In this document: positions 47,101-56,175 of the stretch, piece by piece
Position numbering within the stretch: position 1 is the stretch's first letter
How the letters are laid out: the number at the start of each line of letters is the position of its first letter
DNA from: an uncultured virus (IMG/VR IMGVR_UViG_3300008262_000226)
Taxonomy: Duplodnaviria > Heunggongvirae > Uroviricota > Caudoviricetes
DNA length: 64,000 nucleotides
Reading direction: 5' to 3' (one strand)
Virus record (IMG/VR): IMGVR_UViG_3300008262_000226
Location: 62,001-126,000 of that record
Program-made: the position numbers and the translations under genes
Notes under the pieces: model-generated
What the model saw: the letters and a program-made list of their open reading frames with translations, nothing else
Databases searched by the model: none
Told to the model about the DNA's origin: nothing

Positions 47101-49380
47101 TTAAACGCAATTGTTGATATTGCTTCCGTTGCTGATACTGTTGGTAATAGTTGTGAAGTTCAAATTGGCGGAGCATGGAACAATACTGCTAGCTTCACTG
47201 AAATACGCACCAGACAAACATTAATTGCTGGAGAATTAGAATTTGGAACTAGGTATGCTTCTGGAACTAGTCAGTCTAGAATTTTCACTCAGACTAGAGT
47301 TCTGAATGCATTTGATGGTGATCAAACCAATACAGTTAATCTTGCTACTAATGCAACTACCTTCAACCTCGGATCTCTTGGTGGTAATACTACCATTAGA
47401 AATACTCTTAATGTTCTTGCAAGTGAAAACGTTAATGGTAATATTAGACTGAATGGTGGATTAAATGCAGGTATTGTTGAAATTGTAAGAGGAAGATTCT
47501 CTACAACACCAGTCGCACACAACGTAGGAAATCTCGCAAACACCAACATTGATTATTATCAGTATAATACAACTGGTAGAATAATTGATACTCAAGGTGT
47601 TGCACAATGGGGAGGAACTTCGTTCTTGGTTGCTGGTGGTCAAATTGCTGGTATTGATACTATTACAAATACTGGCGGAACAAATAGAAATCCTGGAACA
47701 TATAGTTTCATTCCAGCAACAGGTGGAACTGGAACGGGTGCTACATTTACTATTAGCATTGCTAACGATAAAACTCTTAATATTGATATTGTTAGCCCTG
47801 GATCTGGATATACTGATAATGACCTATTAATAATTACTGCTGCACAAATTGGTGGTGGAACTGGTGCTGGCAATCTTACATTCCAAGTAAATGGTGTAAA
47901 TGCTGGTGGATCTAGCTATTATCTACCAATTTCTACTCCTGGTGTGTTTGATTTCAGAGTTGGTGATCTTATTCTCATAGATCGTGGTGATGCAGCAACA
48001 CCAGATAGTGTTGTTGTTTCTGGTGGTGGAAGCATTACTGGATTAAGAAATCAAGCAAACAGTGAGATTGTTCGTGTTACTGGATTAACAAACTTAAGTA
48101 ATCCAAATGATCCAGAAGGTTTCCGAGTTCAAGTTATTCGTGGTCAGGAAGGAACACAGGTAAGAACAGATCACCCACAAGGTTGTGTGCTTGCTAAATT
48201 AATTAAACAAACAAATGCAAGTTATATTACAGGATCTGATCTTAATAATGATGGAGTTTTAGATACACCTGTGACGGGTATTTCAAATTCCTCTGTCAAT
48301 GTTAATATTGGTGTTGCTGAATTTGGTGGAGTTCTTACTACCAGAGACTTCTTGAGATTATCTGGTTCAGAAATCGTTGGTATTGCTAGAACGGTATCCA
48401 CTGATATTCAAGTTCTTGAAGTTAACGATGGATCTTTAACACCCGCTACAGTATTCAAAGTAGAATCTACTACTGGTAATACAATTATTGGTGGTAATCT
48501 TGGGGTTGGAACTGGATTTAATAAATTTACAGTTACTGGATCATCTGGAAACACTAATATTGCTGGAACATTAACAACAGAGAACACATTAACTATTAAT
48601 GGATCTACTATTCCTAATACTCAATTCTTTACTATTACTAACGGTGGTGCTACAGGAACTCCATTGAGAACTACATTCCAGATTGATACTGCGAATGGTA
48701 ATGTTAGAATGAATGGTGGAAACATCAACATCTATGGAACTGATGGAACAACACCTAGACTAACGTTTGTCAATTCTTCGGGTGACTTTACCACATATGG
48801 TTCTTTCTCTGCTCTTGGAACGGGTGCTAGCACTTTTGGTGGTGATATTGTTGCTGCAGGTGATTTAACAATTAATGGTGGTGATATCACTGTTAATTCT
48901 GGAGGTAATCCTATTTTTGAGGTAAATAGTAATGGTTCTATGCGTATTGCTGGAATCAATAATTACTTTACTCAAACGGGTGGTAGAAGATGGGAGTATG
49001 CCGATGGATTTGTCATTAATGCTTTGGCAAACGTTAATTATTTTGTTAATGCTACACAAAATACGCTATTTAAACTTCCTCAAAATGCTCTAATTGGTGA
49101 TATGATTCGTATTATAGATATTGGTGGAAACTTAAATTATAATTTAAGTTTGATTGTAAGAGCTCCTGACAACGTAAAAGTTCAGAACGCATCTGATAAT
49201 ACTGCAAGAAATATTGCTTCTGGTATTCCAGTTTCTGATTTTGTTGGATATAATGGTGGTGAAATGGTTGTTCAAACTCCATACGCTGCATTTGCACTAG
49301 TTTTTGCAGGATCTACAACTCCAGATGGCAACACTGCTGTTCCATCATCTATCGCTGGTTGGTATTTAATCGAAGTCTAA
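38131..49380 (+). CDS. Giant virion structural/fibre protein, remainder; contains five nested phycobiliprotein-like domains
   Basis: Frame open from 38128 (IAPDADETKW...EFDFRVQENRIVGPLSD) into the 3672-aa ORF; ends GWYLIEV. Confidence 0.85.
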   Translation: MAPDADETKWSRLVIRGREFDFRVQENRIVGPLSDAVRLDEVTILDSNPAGTVTVKVRTKINHGFFPGQYVAISNNGLNTTLNGVFKVTAISQTDPKEFEYKVATTATGLGLISGTTYTAVSSPSLDTNATVQAEVDSVESASPYVFNVSIRSTWGICGIWADGRKATGFKSMVIAQYTGVSLQKDDRAFIRYDEFSNTWNQAPLTDAFATTPYHIKGDAYWKDDWRNFHVRASDDSFIQNVSIFAVGFADHFLLESGGDMSITNSNSNFGNTSMHSKGYKGFAFSQDKGGYITHIVPPKSLSTLKNIKQQYYVLDAQLTRATSNQNRLYFGSDDARSAEDRPAASIGGYRIGARRNEKLFVKLDTSAAKQAELSPSGFKRWVSSLSTISPTGSRSVEDISRLYVTSTVGFASNDFVKVDNEFFRITAVNPSSLNVVRAQLSSAASDHVNASIVTKYIQNAVATTVLNEEVDATETVFDVQSTTGLAPNMFASITNSQTSINETVRIVTIEGASQITVQRGQLGTIAVAQPQTSLVTLTTLSNTYSPASPSVTTTLTERYPRITPASNASERDYNLAQDAANLIDSNKTFIQAEAFGYVLQKYPYLQNISYVNPNITAETGRYRDASNLIKANRQEIIDYAFTQMQVAFPSFVVPNNENDKCKRDIGYIVDAIANDLYDGGNASIIEATKAYFDNNGSLITNGVLGEQTQSVFAFNRARDWAKKAISNLLGNTSLLDVISITSSGTTVTVTTGNPHNLEAGNKVTVGGATQTAYNGKVTVLASGLTATQFRYTALSAPSASPATGAYYVSTVTIDPSNDSIVAGRYKDASNLVKSNRQEIIDRAAAKVAIDFPDFYYPGDSQSNATSRFKDSYRLIQQNRQEIIDRAAAEIAVQHPDFYYPNDAQTTSTSRYKDAYRLIQLNRQEIINGAYAQIAIDYPGFTNPNPTKCQRDIGYFIDAISLDISIGSGNVYSRKFTQQYFTVSGAPISDGLLGEETQSIAAFNKARDLMKSAITNQLTVKDLTVTVDPITGSNTNVNSCSNVQLAITNLSAIVTNAIGAGSISGLPPENVGTVPAGETKCKRDIGMFIDAISLDIVQGGGNVYARKFIQQYFNQAGTAWITGGLQGEEAQSVTAFNKARDIMKLAVANQLYVKDLSITADPAPGSNYGTSGSNTDNNLNPALCSDVQNAITTLTSIVTARVTAGNLTGLPAETQATIPNGEAKCKRDIGYIVDSIAQDLFWGGNEFTVGAVREYFTLAGVPISNGLVNEESQTVVAFNAAKDVVKKAVTNQLYSKNLNLSYGPANAGGSGGNVTYNASGNGATCVDVQTTVENLFAIATSVVASGTLANLPPVTNGSYDCANVRNSIDTLTAILTTALASGNLSSLPEENPGSWSTVSESSKCKRDIGYIVEAVTSDLRLGGNENTINAAEAYYTAVPLNTDTVDGRQDGFTLDYIENERPETLDAYNYVRNLAISAMRNHNTYINNASTTLNSPIVTVPSTIGLAIGMRVRSVNAIPTGPSDTVSFTSTIPDTAYIKKIGDGQNGLASNQIELGRLGSRFDDGETVSAQGTSSTVKLYVELNQGSWATTIAPSTDSAVIQDYNYTAAGDPSTGSPGGECATVANSIVNYFNIISTIINNGVGVVPRVASSLNTASLAQRGSLFTLTEYDSNGNPTSNPHQLETGTPVRLVPSPRPGTNPDKRLVRLPKGFDTNTIYYVIAPGRRTDPFDYSNSIGFNGANQQTLMLATSEENAAAGIYIYSSETDSVDPDVNIDVYQYVLDLKYDLHQYETKIANNSSTEFETTRPHIFDKPADGVEPQLVFFRVGSDIIGSSLPTLSSNFGGTVISEKQQYYVRYVSSRRFTIHQTFTDARDNINPVTFQPGSTAVFYAFASKRRSPLKYDPVVGGANDGCWYLNTLTAGNEIVPRLKFSDYAGRIRTTDTYFERIEDNRTEDDRVYRFRYVIPKNLKTVRDPLRGFVFKIRTDEKRRLLPQKILLKPTASGSSLATINAPVTGERLGLTVSELYSQTGKDSTYDPGPQGNPKRIETDSKISFTVQSARKRTIQNRDYLELTVFDIGVDAEAYKTKLFTTVKISAPEGGDGSFIESIPNSNNTNKITWDGNSKGTAYVHAYFSYENDYYMILKDLTGNSEIKYDSNTVTTFTQGSVTATLLDQPNGGRSDISNFLYVVEGANVYTMTPGDTLNDDQGVSYTIAEVEDSSELESTFYIFDIDTIRRRIAGQQDGVYYLTCLRGDIRPFPTGSGVGENFRNFRFSQPVSKLYPEFYKNDPEWYKGISAATATLLDPPPTISAADNYIHGLVTVNDSKGSVTRETVLDFVADPGTGNYTYSGNNTIQAQPGSASAGSEGRLIPISGDSPYPTEGKLYIELRRPSIARSGNHTFEYLGFGPGNYSTGFPARQEVVLTDVQDFYAQAKREDAGIVFYTGLNSNGDLYIGNRKINAITGEETFLERAALVESEDEGDSIGNLVTTFDTPVTFNQIITINGGDGSDESFFNSPVVINNATSFGTVENYPSLKIVTGEGTPVGFDQYLEYNTVGQRTGDIVIHQNRITAAVFDFNPRGTQDYTIRTSISNITPDFNNTFGQTTGFTSQILATNFGTRDPLKSGDMLLKGDQTSFTGSLGWIYANDYIAITNRSDGQTTPQVVGIQGNATGTFARINWNTGINNGSLSINSSTQIRITNATGTLAVTNGVWNIVPGSFNASNNYIDVILNSNLSVYPVNLNNGKGYPVDQVAQPNIAIARSSSQFKEWGVLGAEAIRTETSSIGNYKLGINTVARSPHSAYLTAFVSPETTPRANLDVVGNAFISGKAINSYLTEQTSTKTETNLDNALVVGGNSLSLNGPATFRVQTTNNGRVGINTSLVDVVNPSNVLDRNFVVVGNARITSDFELTGDLQVNGGDLTTTSPSFNLLNTSSPDILNFAGGAEIFNIGHTTTGAQTINVGNAASSSYIQVGNVATESVFRIHRNSLNAIVDIASVADTVGNSCEVQIGGAWNNTASFTEIRTRQTLIAGELEFGTRYASGTSQSRIFTQTRVLNAFDGDQTNTVNLATNATTFNLGSLGGNTTIRNTLNVLASENVNGNIRLNGGLNAGIVEIVRGRFSTTPVAHNVGNLANTNIDYYQYNTTGRIIDTQGVAQWGGTSFLVAGGQIAGIDTITNTGGTNRNPGTYSFIPATGGTGTGATFTISIANDKTLNIDIVSPGSGYTDNDLLIITAAQIGGGTGAGNLTFQVNGVNAGGSSYYLPISTPGVFDFRVGDLILIDRGDAATPDSVVVSGGGSITGLRNQANSEIVRVTGLTNLSNPNDPEGFRVQVIRGQEGTQVRTDHPQGCVLAKLIKQTNASYITGSDLNNDGVLDTPVTGISNSSVNVNIGVAEFGGVLTTRDFLRLSGSEIVGIARTVSTDIQVLEVNDGSLTPATVFKVESTTGNTIIGGNLGVGTGFNKFTVTGSSGNTNIAGTLTTENTLTINGSTIPNTQFFTITNGGATGTPLRTTFQIDTANGNVRMNGGNINIYGTDGTTPRLTFVNSSGDFTTYGSFSALGTGASTFGGDIVAAGDLTINGGDITVNSGGNPIFEVNSNGSMRIAGINNYFTQTGGRRWEYADGFVINALANVNYFVNATQNTLFKLPQNALIGDMIRIIDIGGNLNYNLSLIVRAPDNVKVQNASDNTARNIASGIPVSDFVGYNGGEMVVQTPYAAFALVFAGSTTPDGNTAVPSSIAGWYLIEV
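39865..43060 (+). repeat. Five nested phycobiliprotein-like repeats (segments A, B, C)
   Basis: 5x DA..LI..N...I....A......P; 5x KC(K/Q)RDIG; 5x C..V...I..L..I. Confidence 0.8.
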
Positions 49381-49381
49381 T

Positions 49382-50611
49382 ATGTTTTACCAAGAAGTAA
49401 AATCCGCAAGGGCAGCTGCAATAGGCACCATCATGCCCTGGACAGGACCAATTAGTGACGTTCCTAAGGGATGGGTATTCTGTAATGGTCAAACTGTTAC
49501 AGCAAGTGAGTATCCATTATTAGTTCAGGCAATAGGTGATACCTATAATGCAGGAACTTCAGATCTTGGTGGGTCTTTTCCTAATTATAGTGGAAGTATA
49601 GTTCTTCCTAGTTTAAATGGAAAAGCATTGATGGATTTGGAAGAATCATATTTTGCTAGTAGAGCAAGTGGTGGCACTGGAAGAGCAGCGGATACAAATA
49701 CAGAGGCAAGAACTATTATTTCTCCGTATATTGGAACTAACTCTGATAATTCTATTCCAGTTATTTTTAATGATGTCTATACTGATGTTATTTTTACATT
49801 AAATGATAGAAGTGGATATGGTGGTAGGATCAGAGGATCTAGTATTCAAAGAGGTGAGGCTTCTAGAACAGTTTATATTGCTCCAAGAAAATTAGGTAGA
49901 AATCATCTTAGGGGTCATAGACATTCTGGTAGTTACGACACCATATCTAGAACTCCAGATTCATCTCCTGGTGATGGGGTAATTCCTTGGGATAATATGG
50001 AATTCAAATTTGGTCTTGGTATTCAAGACGTTGAACCAGGACCTCAGGGTGATGTTTATGGTTTGAACTTTCAAATGACGAGAGGTGATACGTGGTCGGA
50101 TATAGAAAGCAGAAGTGGTTTTGGTAGTGGTCAGGCAGGAAGAACTGTTGCTGCTGTTTGGTCTGAAAATCCTCCCATAAACTTATTTCCTCAATCTGTT
50201 CGTAGAACTCCTATTTCTGGTGCATTGCAAGATGCAAGATTAACTTCTGGCAGAACTGTTTCTTATGGTATAGGTGGAGGAACTGTTACTGTTCCTAGTG
50301 GGTATACAAATTATTATGCTGATCTTGGAACATCTACAAATTATGGAACATTAAATAGTCATCCAGCATATGATTTCAATCAAAACTCAGGAGCAATTGG
50401 ATTTAATCCAGTTATAGAACCACATAATCATGACGAAATAGATGTAACTTTTGATACTGGAAATCTTAGACCACAAAGTTCTTTGACGGCTAGTGCAAAC
50501 ATACCAGTAACTACTACATTAGATAATACTCAAAATAGATCGGTATTGCAAGTTAATTTTAATACTTCGCAACCAGGATTAAATTGCATTTATATCATCA
50601 GAGCATACTAG
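49382..50611 (+). CDS. Tail-collar-domain (short fibre) protein
   Basis: IGTIMPW.G....VP.GW..CNGQ....EYP.L...IG.TY; ends YIIRAY. Confidence 0.85.
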   Translation: MFYQEVKSARAAAIGTIMPWTGPISDVPKGWVFCNGQTVTASEYPLLVQAIGDTYNAGTSDLGGSFPNYSGSIVLPSLNGKALMDLEESYFASRASGGTGRAADTNTEARTIISPYIGTNSDNSIPVIFNDVYTDVIFTLNDRSGYGGRIRGSSIQRGEASRTVYIAPRKLGRNHLRGHRHSGSYDTISRTPDSSPGDGVIPWDNMEFKFGLGIQDVEPGPQGDVYGLNFQMTRGDTWSDIESRSGFGSGQAGRTVAAVWSENPPINLFPQSVRRTPISGALQDARLTSGRTVSYGIGGGTVTVPSGYTNYYADLGTSTNYGTLNSHPAYDFNQNSGAIGFNPVIEPHNHDEIDVTFDTGNLRPQSSLTASANIPVTTTLDNTQNRSVLQVNFNTSQPGLNCIYIIRAY

Positions 50612-50620
50612 GATAAAAAA

Positions 50621-51532
50621 ATGGCAGTTAGATACGCTAATTACGCAAGAGAAAAATCTAGATTTGGTGGGTATTGTGGTGCTATTATTATGCATTCAAC
50701 TCCTGGAGTTGGAGTTAACAATGACCCTACTTCTGCAGTATTTAAAAATAATTTACCAGCTGGTTATTTAAAATGTGATGGCACGGTAAAGAGTGTTAGA
50801 GATTTTTATGCTTTGGCTCAAATTCTTGGTGTTGGTGACGATTGTAGATTTAAAAAAGATGGAACTCAATTAAGAAATGCTGATCCCACGACAGGAGATT
50901 TGGGTCAATTTCAACTTCCAGATTTAGGATCTAAAGTTATTCTCCCAAACAGATCAACAGGAACATACGTTAATGATAGAGTAGAAACGGATGGTGGAAC
51001 AACATCCACAAATATTGTTAATAGAGTGGGACCTCAAATTGAGGTCGCTAGTAATGTGGGAAATCGTATAGAAGTAAATTATTCTGGAAATCTACAAGTA
51101 ACTGCTGCAAGTGGAATTAATTTTAGTGGAAATGCAAAATACAATATGGTAAGCACTTTATCCACTACAACATTAGGAATTGAAAATTTCCAAGGTCATG
51201 CTCACAATTCATCGCAAAGTTATTTAAATTTTTCTGCTACCCATAGAGTTGGATCAACAGGTGGTAAAGATGGTGGTAACTTAAGTGGAAATAGTGGATC
51301 TGGTAATGTGTTTGGAGAAACTCAGACAAATACTTCATCTCCATCAACACATAGTCATGGTATAATACGACCAACAACATATAATCCTAATCCATTTACT
51401 TATTCTTATTCTCAATTTAACGCTCCACTAGATAATGTAGTTTCATATGTTGATATTGATATTCAAAATCAAGATAAATTAGATCAGGTTGTAACTCCTT
51501 TTATTCTAATTGAATATTTAATTAAGTTCTAA
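50621..51532 (+). CDS. Tail-collar-domain protein
   Basis: LPAGYLKCDG...F.LPDLG; ends EYLIKF. Confidence 0.82.
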   Translation: MAVRYANYAREKSRFGGYCGAIIMHSTPGVGVNNDPTSAVFKNNLPAGYLKCDGTVKSVRDFYALAQILGVGDDCRFKKDGTQLRNADPTTGDLGQFQLPDLGSKVILPNRSTGTYVNDRVETDGGTTSTNIVNRVGPQIEVASNVGNRIEVNYSGNLQVTAASGINFSGNAKYNMVSTLSTTTLGIENFQGHAHNSSQSYLNFSATHRVGSTGGKDGGNLSGNSGSGNVFGETQTNTSSPSTHSHGIIRPTTYNPNPFTYSYSQFNAPLDNVVSYVDIDIQNQDKLDQVVTPFILIEYLIKF

Positions 51533-53241
51533 TGCCACAGTTAGCATCTATCACCAACACTCAAAATTATACTATACCACAAGATGTTTATAGTATGCGT
51601 ATACGCATCTATGGAGCAGGAGGTGGTGGAGAATTTATTAATAATAATGTTGCACTAACATCCACTGCTGGAACTTCTGGTGGATCTTCGTCTTTTCTTG
51701 GATTAATTGCTGGTGGGGGAACTGGGGGTGGAATTGGTGGTAAAAATTCTGGTGGAAATGGGGGAGGAACTTCATTTACTTACAATTGGTCTAATTTAGG
51801 AGCTACTATTTCTACAGTTTCTGGTTCTAGTGGTGGAATTAGCACAGGTGGAACTGGTGGAAATATTGCGGGGGTTACAAAAAATGGAGGAAACGGTACA
51901 CCAGGGCAAGTTAGCTATACATCTAATGTATATCATGAATTTAATAATGAGACTAATGTTACTCTTTTTACTAGCAATAGCCCTGATTTGACAGTTTCAA
52001 TTAATAACACTGGATCTCCTGACGGAACTCCATGTGGATTACCTCCTAGTGGAAAAAATTATGGAGTTTATTTTAATGTTCCTTTTGTTGATTCTAGTTA
52101 TAGTGTAAGTGTATTTGGAGTATGTCAGCAAGCAGCTGCGGGTGGAACAGCTGGTGCTCCATATTCTTTGGATGGAATTGGTGCTAAAAGTGCAAATGGA
52201 TTTCAAATATGGTTTACTACGGGAGCTTGTAAAAATACTTACATTAGATGTTTTAGTTTTACTGCTACAGGATTGAAGGTAGGAGCGCGTGGGAGAGGAG
52301 GTGGTGGTGGTGGAGCCCTAGAAACTACTCTTACTAGAGAAATGTTATTGGGATCTGGGGGGACATATTCACCAGGAACTACGCATACTGCTACAGTTGG
52401 GGGTGGTGGATCTAGAGGAGGGAATACTGCATTTGATGGTGCAAGTGGGTTGATTGATTTATATCTTTTGATTATTCCTAGGATTAGTTTAAGTGCTACT
52501 AGAACACAAATTGCAGTTGGGGAATCTACTACATTAAATTGGTCAACCACTGGCGATGCTAGTAGTATTTCTTGGTCATCTGGAGGATTAACGAATGGAA
52601 ATTTAGCTAGTAGCGCAACAGTTTCGCCAACAGTTACTACTACATATACTGCTACCGCGAGTGGATTGGGTGGAACTTCCCCACCAGCAAGTGTTACTAT
52701 AGTAGTTTATCAGAGACCTACGGCTTCAATTACAGTTCCTTCTACTTTATTGTATGGTCAACAGGGAACAATTAGTTACGATACAAATTACGCTAATACT
52801 AGTATCACAATAACGCCAACATATAGTTATGATAATGGCACTGTAACTGGAACCGTAGTTAATATCACTCCAGCTGCTTCTGCTGAAAATGGCTCAGCAG
52901 GAACTCAAGTTGCTGGTAGTTTCACATCATCAATACCCTACAATAATTATGGACCTAGAACAGTTCAATATACTTTAAATGCAGTTGGATCTGGTGGTAA
53001 TACTACAGCACCTGTTACTAATACTACAATTATTATTGACGAAACTCCAGAAAATGTTAATATTCCTGAAACGGAAGATGCGTTTAAAAACCAAGATCCA
53101 GTTTTCTCTCCTGATTATGATGTTACTTCGAGTTATTTGCAAGTATTAGATATTGATATTCCAGTAGAAATTAAAGCTAGTGCCCCAATTAAAGTAGATA
53201 AAAATTTACAAGAAAACTGGCAGGATGTAAGGAGATTATAA
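51532..53241 (+). CDS. Gly-rich virion fibre/decoration protein (paralog 1)
   Basis: Gly-rich N-terminus, Ig/PKD-like repeats, shared C-terminus IDETPEN...PIKVD...WQD.R.L. Confidence 0.8.
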   Translation: MPQLASITNTQNYTIPQDVYSMRIRIYGAGGGGEFINNNVALTSTAGTSGGSSSFLGLIAGGGTGGGIGGKNSGGNGGGTSFTYNWSNLGATISTVSGSSGGISTGGTGGNIAGVTKNGGNGTPGQVSYTSNVYHEFNNETNVTLFTSNSPDLTVSINNTGSPDGTPCGLPPSGKNYGVYFNVPFVDSSYSVSVFGVCQQAAAGGTAGAPYSLDGIGAKSANGFQIWFTTGACKNTYIRCFSFTATGLKVGARGRGGGGGGALETTLTREMLLGSGGTYSPGTTHTATVGGGGSRGGNTAFDGASGLIDLYLLIIPRISLSATRTQIAVGESTTLNWSTTGDASSISWSSGGLTNGNLASSATVSPTVTTTYTATASGLGGTSPPASVTIVVYQRPTASITVPSTLLYGQQGTISYDTNYANTSITITPTYSYDNGTVTGTVVNITPAASAENGSAGTQVAGSFTSSIPYNNYGPRTVQYTLNAVGSGGNTTAPVTNTTIIIDETPENVNIPETEDAFKNQDPVFSPDYDVTSSYLQVLDIDIPVEIKASAPIKVDKNLQENWQDVRRL

Positions 53242-53242
53242 A

Positions 53243-54415
53243 ATGCCAATATATTCAACTAGTAGAGATGTAGGGTGGAATGCATGTACTCAAGGGCAAA
53301 ATATTGCGTGGTCTTGGAGTGTGCAGAATAGCACTAGTTCTGATAGTTTTATATTTAATCCTGTTGCTATCGCTTTTACTTTAGATGGTCCTTCTAGACC
53401 AAATGCTCCATCTGTAAGTATTTCTGTAAACCCTTCTTCTATTATTAATAATGGATCATCTTCAGCAACATTATCTTGGTCTGCTTCTGGAAACGTAAGT
53501 AGTGTTAGTGTTACTGATGTAAGTAGCCCTGGAACATCAGGAAGCAGAACTGTTCAGCCAACCTCTACTAGAACATATACTATCACTGCAAGCGGTGAAG
53601 GTGGAACAAGTAATGCAAGTACAACTCTTACTGTATATCAACCACCAAATCTTACGTTATCTTTAGACAGATCTTCTATTGCCGCAGGAGAATCTACTAC
53701 ACTTAGATGGTCAACTACTGGAGACGCAAGCACAATTACATGGACTTCTGGTGGTATTACTAATGGCAACTTGAATAGTTTTACTACAGTTTCACCAACA
53801 CAATCACAAACTTATTCTGCAACTGTTTCTGGATTAGGTGGTAGTGATAGTGATAGTATTAGATTAACAGTATATCAAAGACCAACAGTTTCATTGACTG
53901 TTCCAACTACATTAAATTATGGTCAACAGGGTATTATAAGTTATGAGAGTTGTTATAGCAATACATCATTAACAATTACTCCATCTTACAGTTACTCTAA
54001 TTCTTCTGGATCATCAACTGTAACTGGTGATGCTATTGCTCTACCCACACCAAATTCTGCTGAAGAAGGTGTTGGAATAAATTGTGTTAGTGGAACGTTA
54101 AATACTACTATACCTTACACTAGTTCTGGTCCTAGAACAGTTACTTACTCTTTAGCTGCAGTAGGTTCTGGCGGCGATCGAACAATTACTAATAGTGTAA
54201 CAATTAATATCGATGAAACTCCAGAAAATATTAATGTTCCTGAAACAGATGAGTTATATAAACAACAAGAACCAATTTATACACCAAACTACACAATAAC
54301 ATCAAATTATTTAGAAATTGCTGATATTGATATCCCCGTGGAGATAAAATCTAATTTTCCGATTAAAGTGGATAGAAATAGACAAGACAACTGGCAAGAT
54401 TTAAGACAAATATAA
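53243..54415 (+). CDS. Virion fibre/decoration protein (paralog 2)
   Basis: Ig/PKD-like repeats and the same C-terminal domain. Confidence 0.8.
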   Translation: MPIYSTSRDVGWNACTQGQNIAWSWSVQNSTSSDSFIFNPVAIAFTLDGPSRPNAPSVSISVNPSSIINNGSSSATLSWSASGNVSSVSVTDVSSPGTSGSRTVQPTSTRTYTITASGEGGTSNASTTLTVYQPPNLTLSLDRSSIAAGESTTLRWSTTGDASTITWTSGGITNGNLNSFTTVSPTQSQTYSATVSGLGGSDSDSIRLTVYQRPTVSLTVPTTLNYGQQGIISYESCYSNTSLTITPSYSYSNSSGSSTVTGDAIALPTPNSAEEGVGINCVSGTLNTTIPYTSSGPRTVTYSLAAVGSGGDRTITNSVTINIDETPENINVPETDELYKQQEPIYTPNYTITSNYLEIADIDIPVEIKSNFPIKVDRNRQDNWQDLRQI

Positions 54416-55636
54416 GATGGCAACATACACAACAAATCAAACCGTAACAATACCAGCAAACGCAGCAAATGTTAGAGTTCAAGTTGCTGGAGCTCGCGGT
54501 GGTAATGGTGGAAATGACGGAAATCCTGGAGGAACTGGTGGTAATGGTAGAAGAGGAACTTTTTATCTATCCGATTTTACTGCTAGAACATTAACATTAA
54601 ATATTGGTCAATCTGGTGGTAACGGATTTGGGTGTGTTTCTAATAGTGGATCTGGTGGTGGAGGATCTGGAGTTGCTAGTGGTGGTAATGGTGGTCTTAC
54701 TGGTCCTCAAGGATGCTCTGGTGGTGGTGGCGGCGGCGGCGGTGCTACTGGAGTATATGATTCTGTTGCTAGTGGTTGGATAATTGTCGCGGCTGGGGGT
54801 GGCGGAGCGGGTGGAGCTAGTTATCCTGATAGTTTTTTACGTGGTGGTGATGGTGGTTTTGGATTGGGTTTCCTTACTGGTGATGTAAATAGCATATCTA
54901 GAGGTGGTAATGGATCATCGCAAGGATTTGATGGGGGAGGTGGAGGTGGTGGTGGTGGTGGATGCCCAGGAGGCGGCGGTGGTAGAGAAGGAGCTGATGA
55001 TAGAGCAGGTAGATATCCATCTGGAGGTGGTAGTGGAGGTGCCAGTTCATATAATTCTAGTTATGCTACTTTGAGTGGATCTGGCGATACTCATAATGGA
55101 AGTGGTTATGTAGATATTACTTACGATTTAATTAGCCCTAGTGCCACTAGTTTTACTGCTACTCCTTCTTCAATTATACGAGGTCAATCTACTAGATTGG
55201 AGTGGACTACAACTAATACAGTTAGTGCATCAATTAATAATGGCGTTGGTAATGTAACGGTTCCTAATAGTTTTGTTGATGTGTATCCCACTCAAACTAC
55301 AACATATGTTCTTAATTTAGTTGGATATGGTAATGCAACTGGATCTGCTCAAGTTACGATTACTGTATATCAACCACCTATTTTAACTTTCACATTAGAT
55401 AGAAATCCAATAGCCGCAGGAGAATCTACTACACTTAGATGGTCAACTACTGGAGACGCAAGCACAATTACATGGACTTCTGGTGGTATTACTAATGGCA
55501 ACTTGAATAGTAATGCCATAGTTTCTCCTTCAGAAAGCACAACATATTCAGCAGTTGTTTCTGGATTGGGTGGTAGTGATAGTGATAGTATTAGATTAAC
55601 AGTATATCAAAGACCAACAGTTTCATTGACTGTTCC
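53681..55636 (+). repeat. Identical direct repeats between paralogs 2 and 3
   Basis: 53681-53779 = 55413-55511 (99 bp); 53837-53904 = 55569-55636 (68 bp). Confidence 0.9.
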
Positions 55637-56141
55637 TGCAAGTATAAATTATGGTCAACAAGGAACAATATCTTATAGTAGTTCATATTCTAATACGAGT
55701 TTAATATTGCAACCTGTTTATACTTACGGAAGAGGAGTTGGAACAATTAACGGAACTGCAATAACTTTAACAAAACCAACTTCTGCTGAAAGTGGTGTTG
55801 GTATAACTACTGTTAATGGAACAATAACAACAGAAATACCATATAATACTACTGGTCCTTTTTCTGTTTCTTATACTCTTACTGGTGTTGGTGGTGGTGG
55901 AGAAGCTTCCACTACTTCAGAAATACAAATTATAGTGGATGAAACACCCGAAAATATTAATCTACCAGAAACTGAAAATGTTTATAAATTGCAAGAACCA
56001 ATTAATACACCAGATTATACTGTAACATCAAATTATCTTGCAGTTGATGGTGTTGACATTCCAGTTGAAGTAAGATCAAATAGACCTATTAAGGTAGATA
56101 GAAATCAGCAACAGGATTGGCAAGATATAAGACAACTATAA
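54417..56141 (+). CDS. Gly-rich virion fibre/decoration protein (paralog 3)
   Basis: Gly-rich N-terminus, Ig-like repeats, same C-terminal domain. Confidence 0.8.
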   Translation: MATYTTNQTVTIPANAANVRVQVAGARGGNGGNDGNPGGTGGNGRRGTFYLSDFTARTLTLNIGQSGGNGFGCVSNSGSGGGGSGVASGGNGGLTGPQGCSGGGGGGGGATGVYDSVASGWIIVAAGGGGAGGASYPDSFLRGGDGGFGLGFLTGDVNSISRGGNGSSQGFDGGGGGGGGGGCPGGGGGREGADDRAGRYPSGGGSGGASSYNSSYATLSGSGDTHNGSGYVDITYDLISPSATSFTATPSSIIRGQSTRLEWTTTNTVSASINNGVGNVTVPNSFVDVYPTQTTTYVLNLVGYGNATGSAQVTITVYQPPILTFTLDRNPIAAGESTTLRWSTTGDASTITWTSGGITNGNLNSNAIVSPSESTTYSAVVSGLGGSDSDSIRLTVYQRPTVSLTVPASINYGQQGTISYSSSYSNTSLILQPVYTYGRGVGTINGTAITLTKPTSAESGVGITTVNGTITTEIPYNTTGPFSVSYTLTGVGGGGEASTTSEIQIIVDETPENINLPETENVYKLQEPINTPDYTVTSNYLAVDGVDIPVEVRSNRPIKVDRNQQQDWQDIRQL

Positions 56142-56175
56142 ATAACATGGGAACTCATAACTAGACTGAACGAGG

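Noticed and set aside
54700..55040. GGT/GGC microsatellite-like runs
   Set aside because: Poly-glycine coding sequence.
53681..55636. Diversity-generating retroelement or shufflon
   Set aside because: The repeats are direct and identical, without adenine-specific differences; no reverse transcriptase or invertase in the window.
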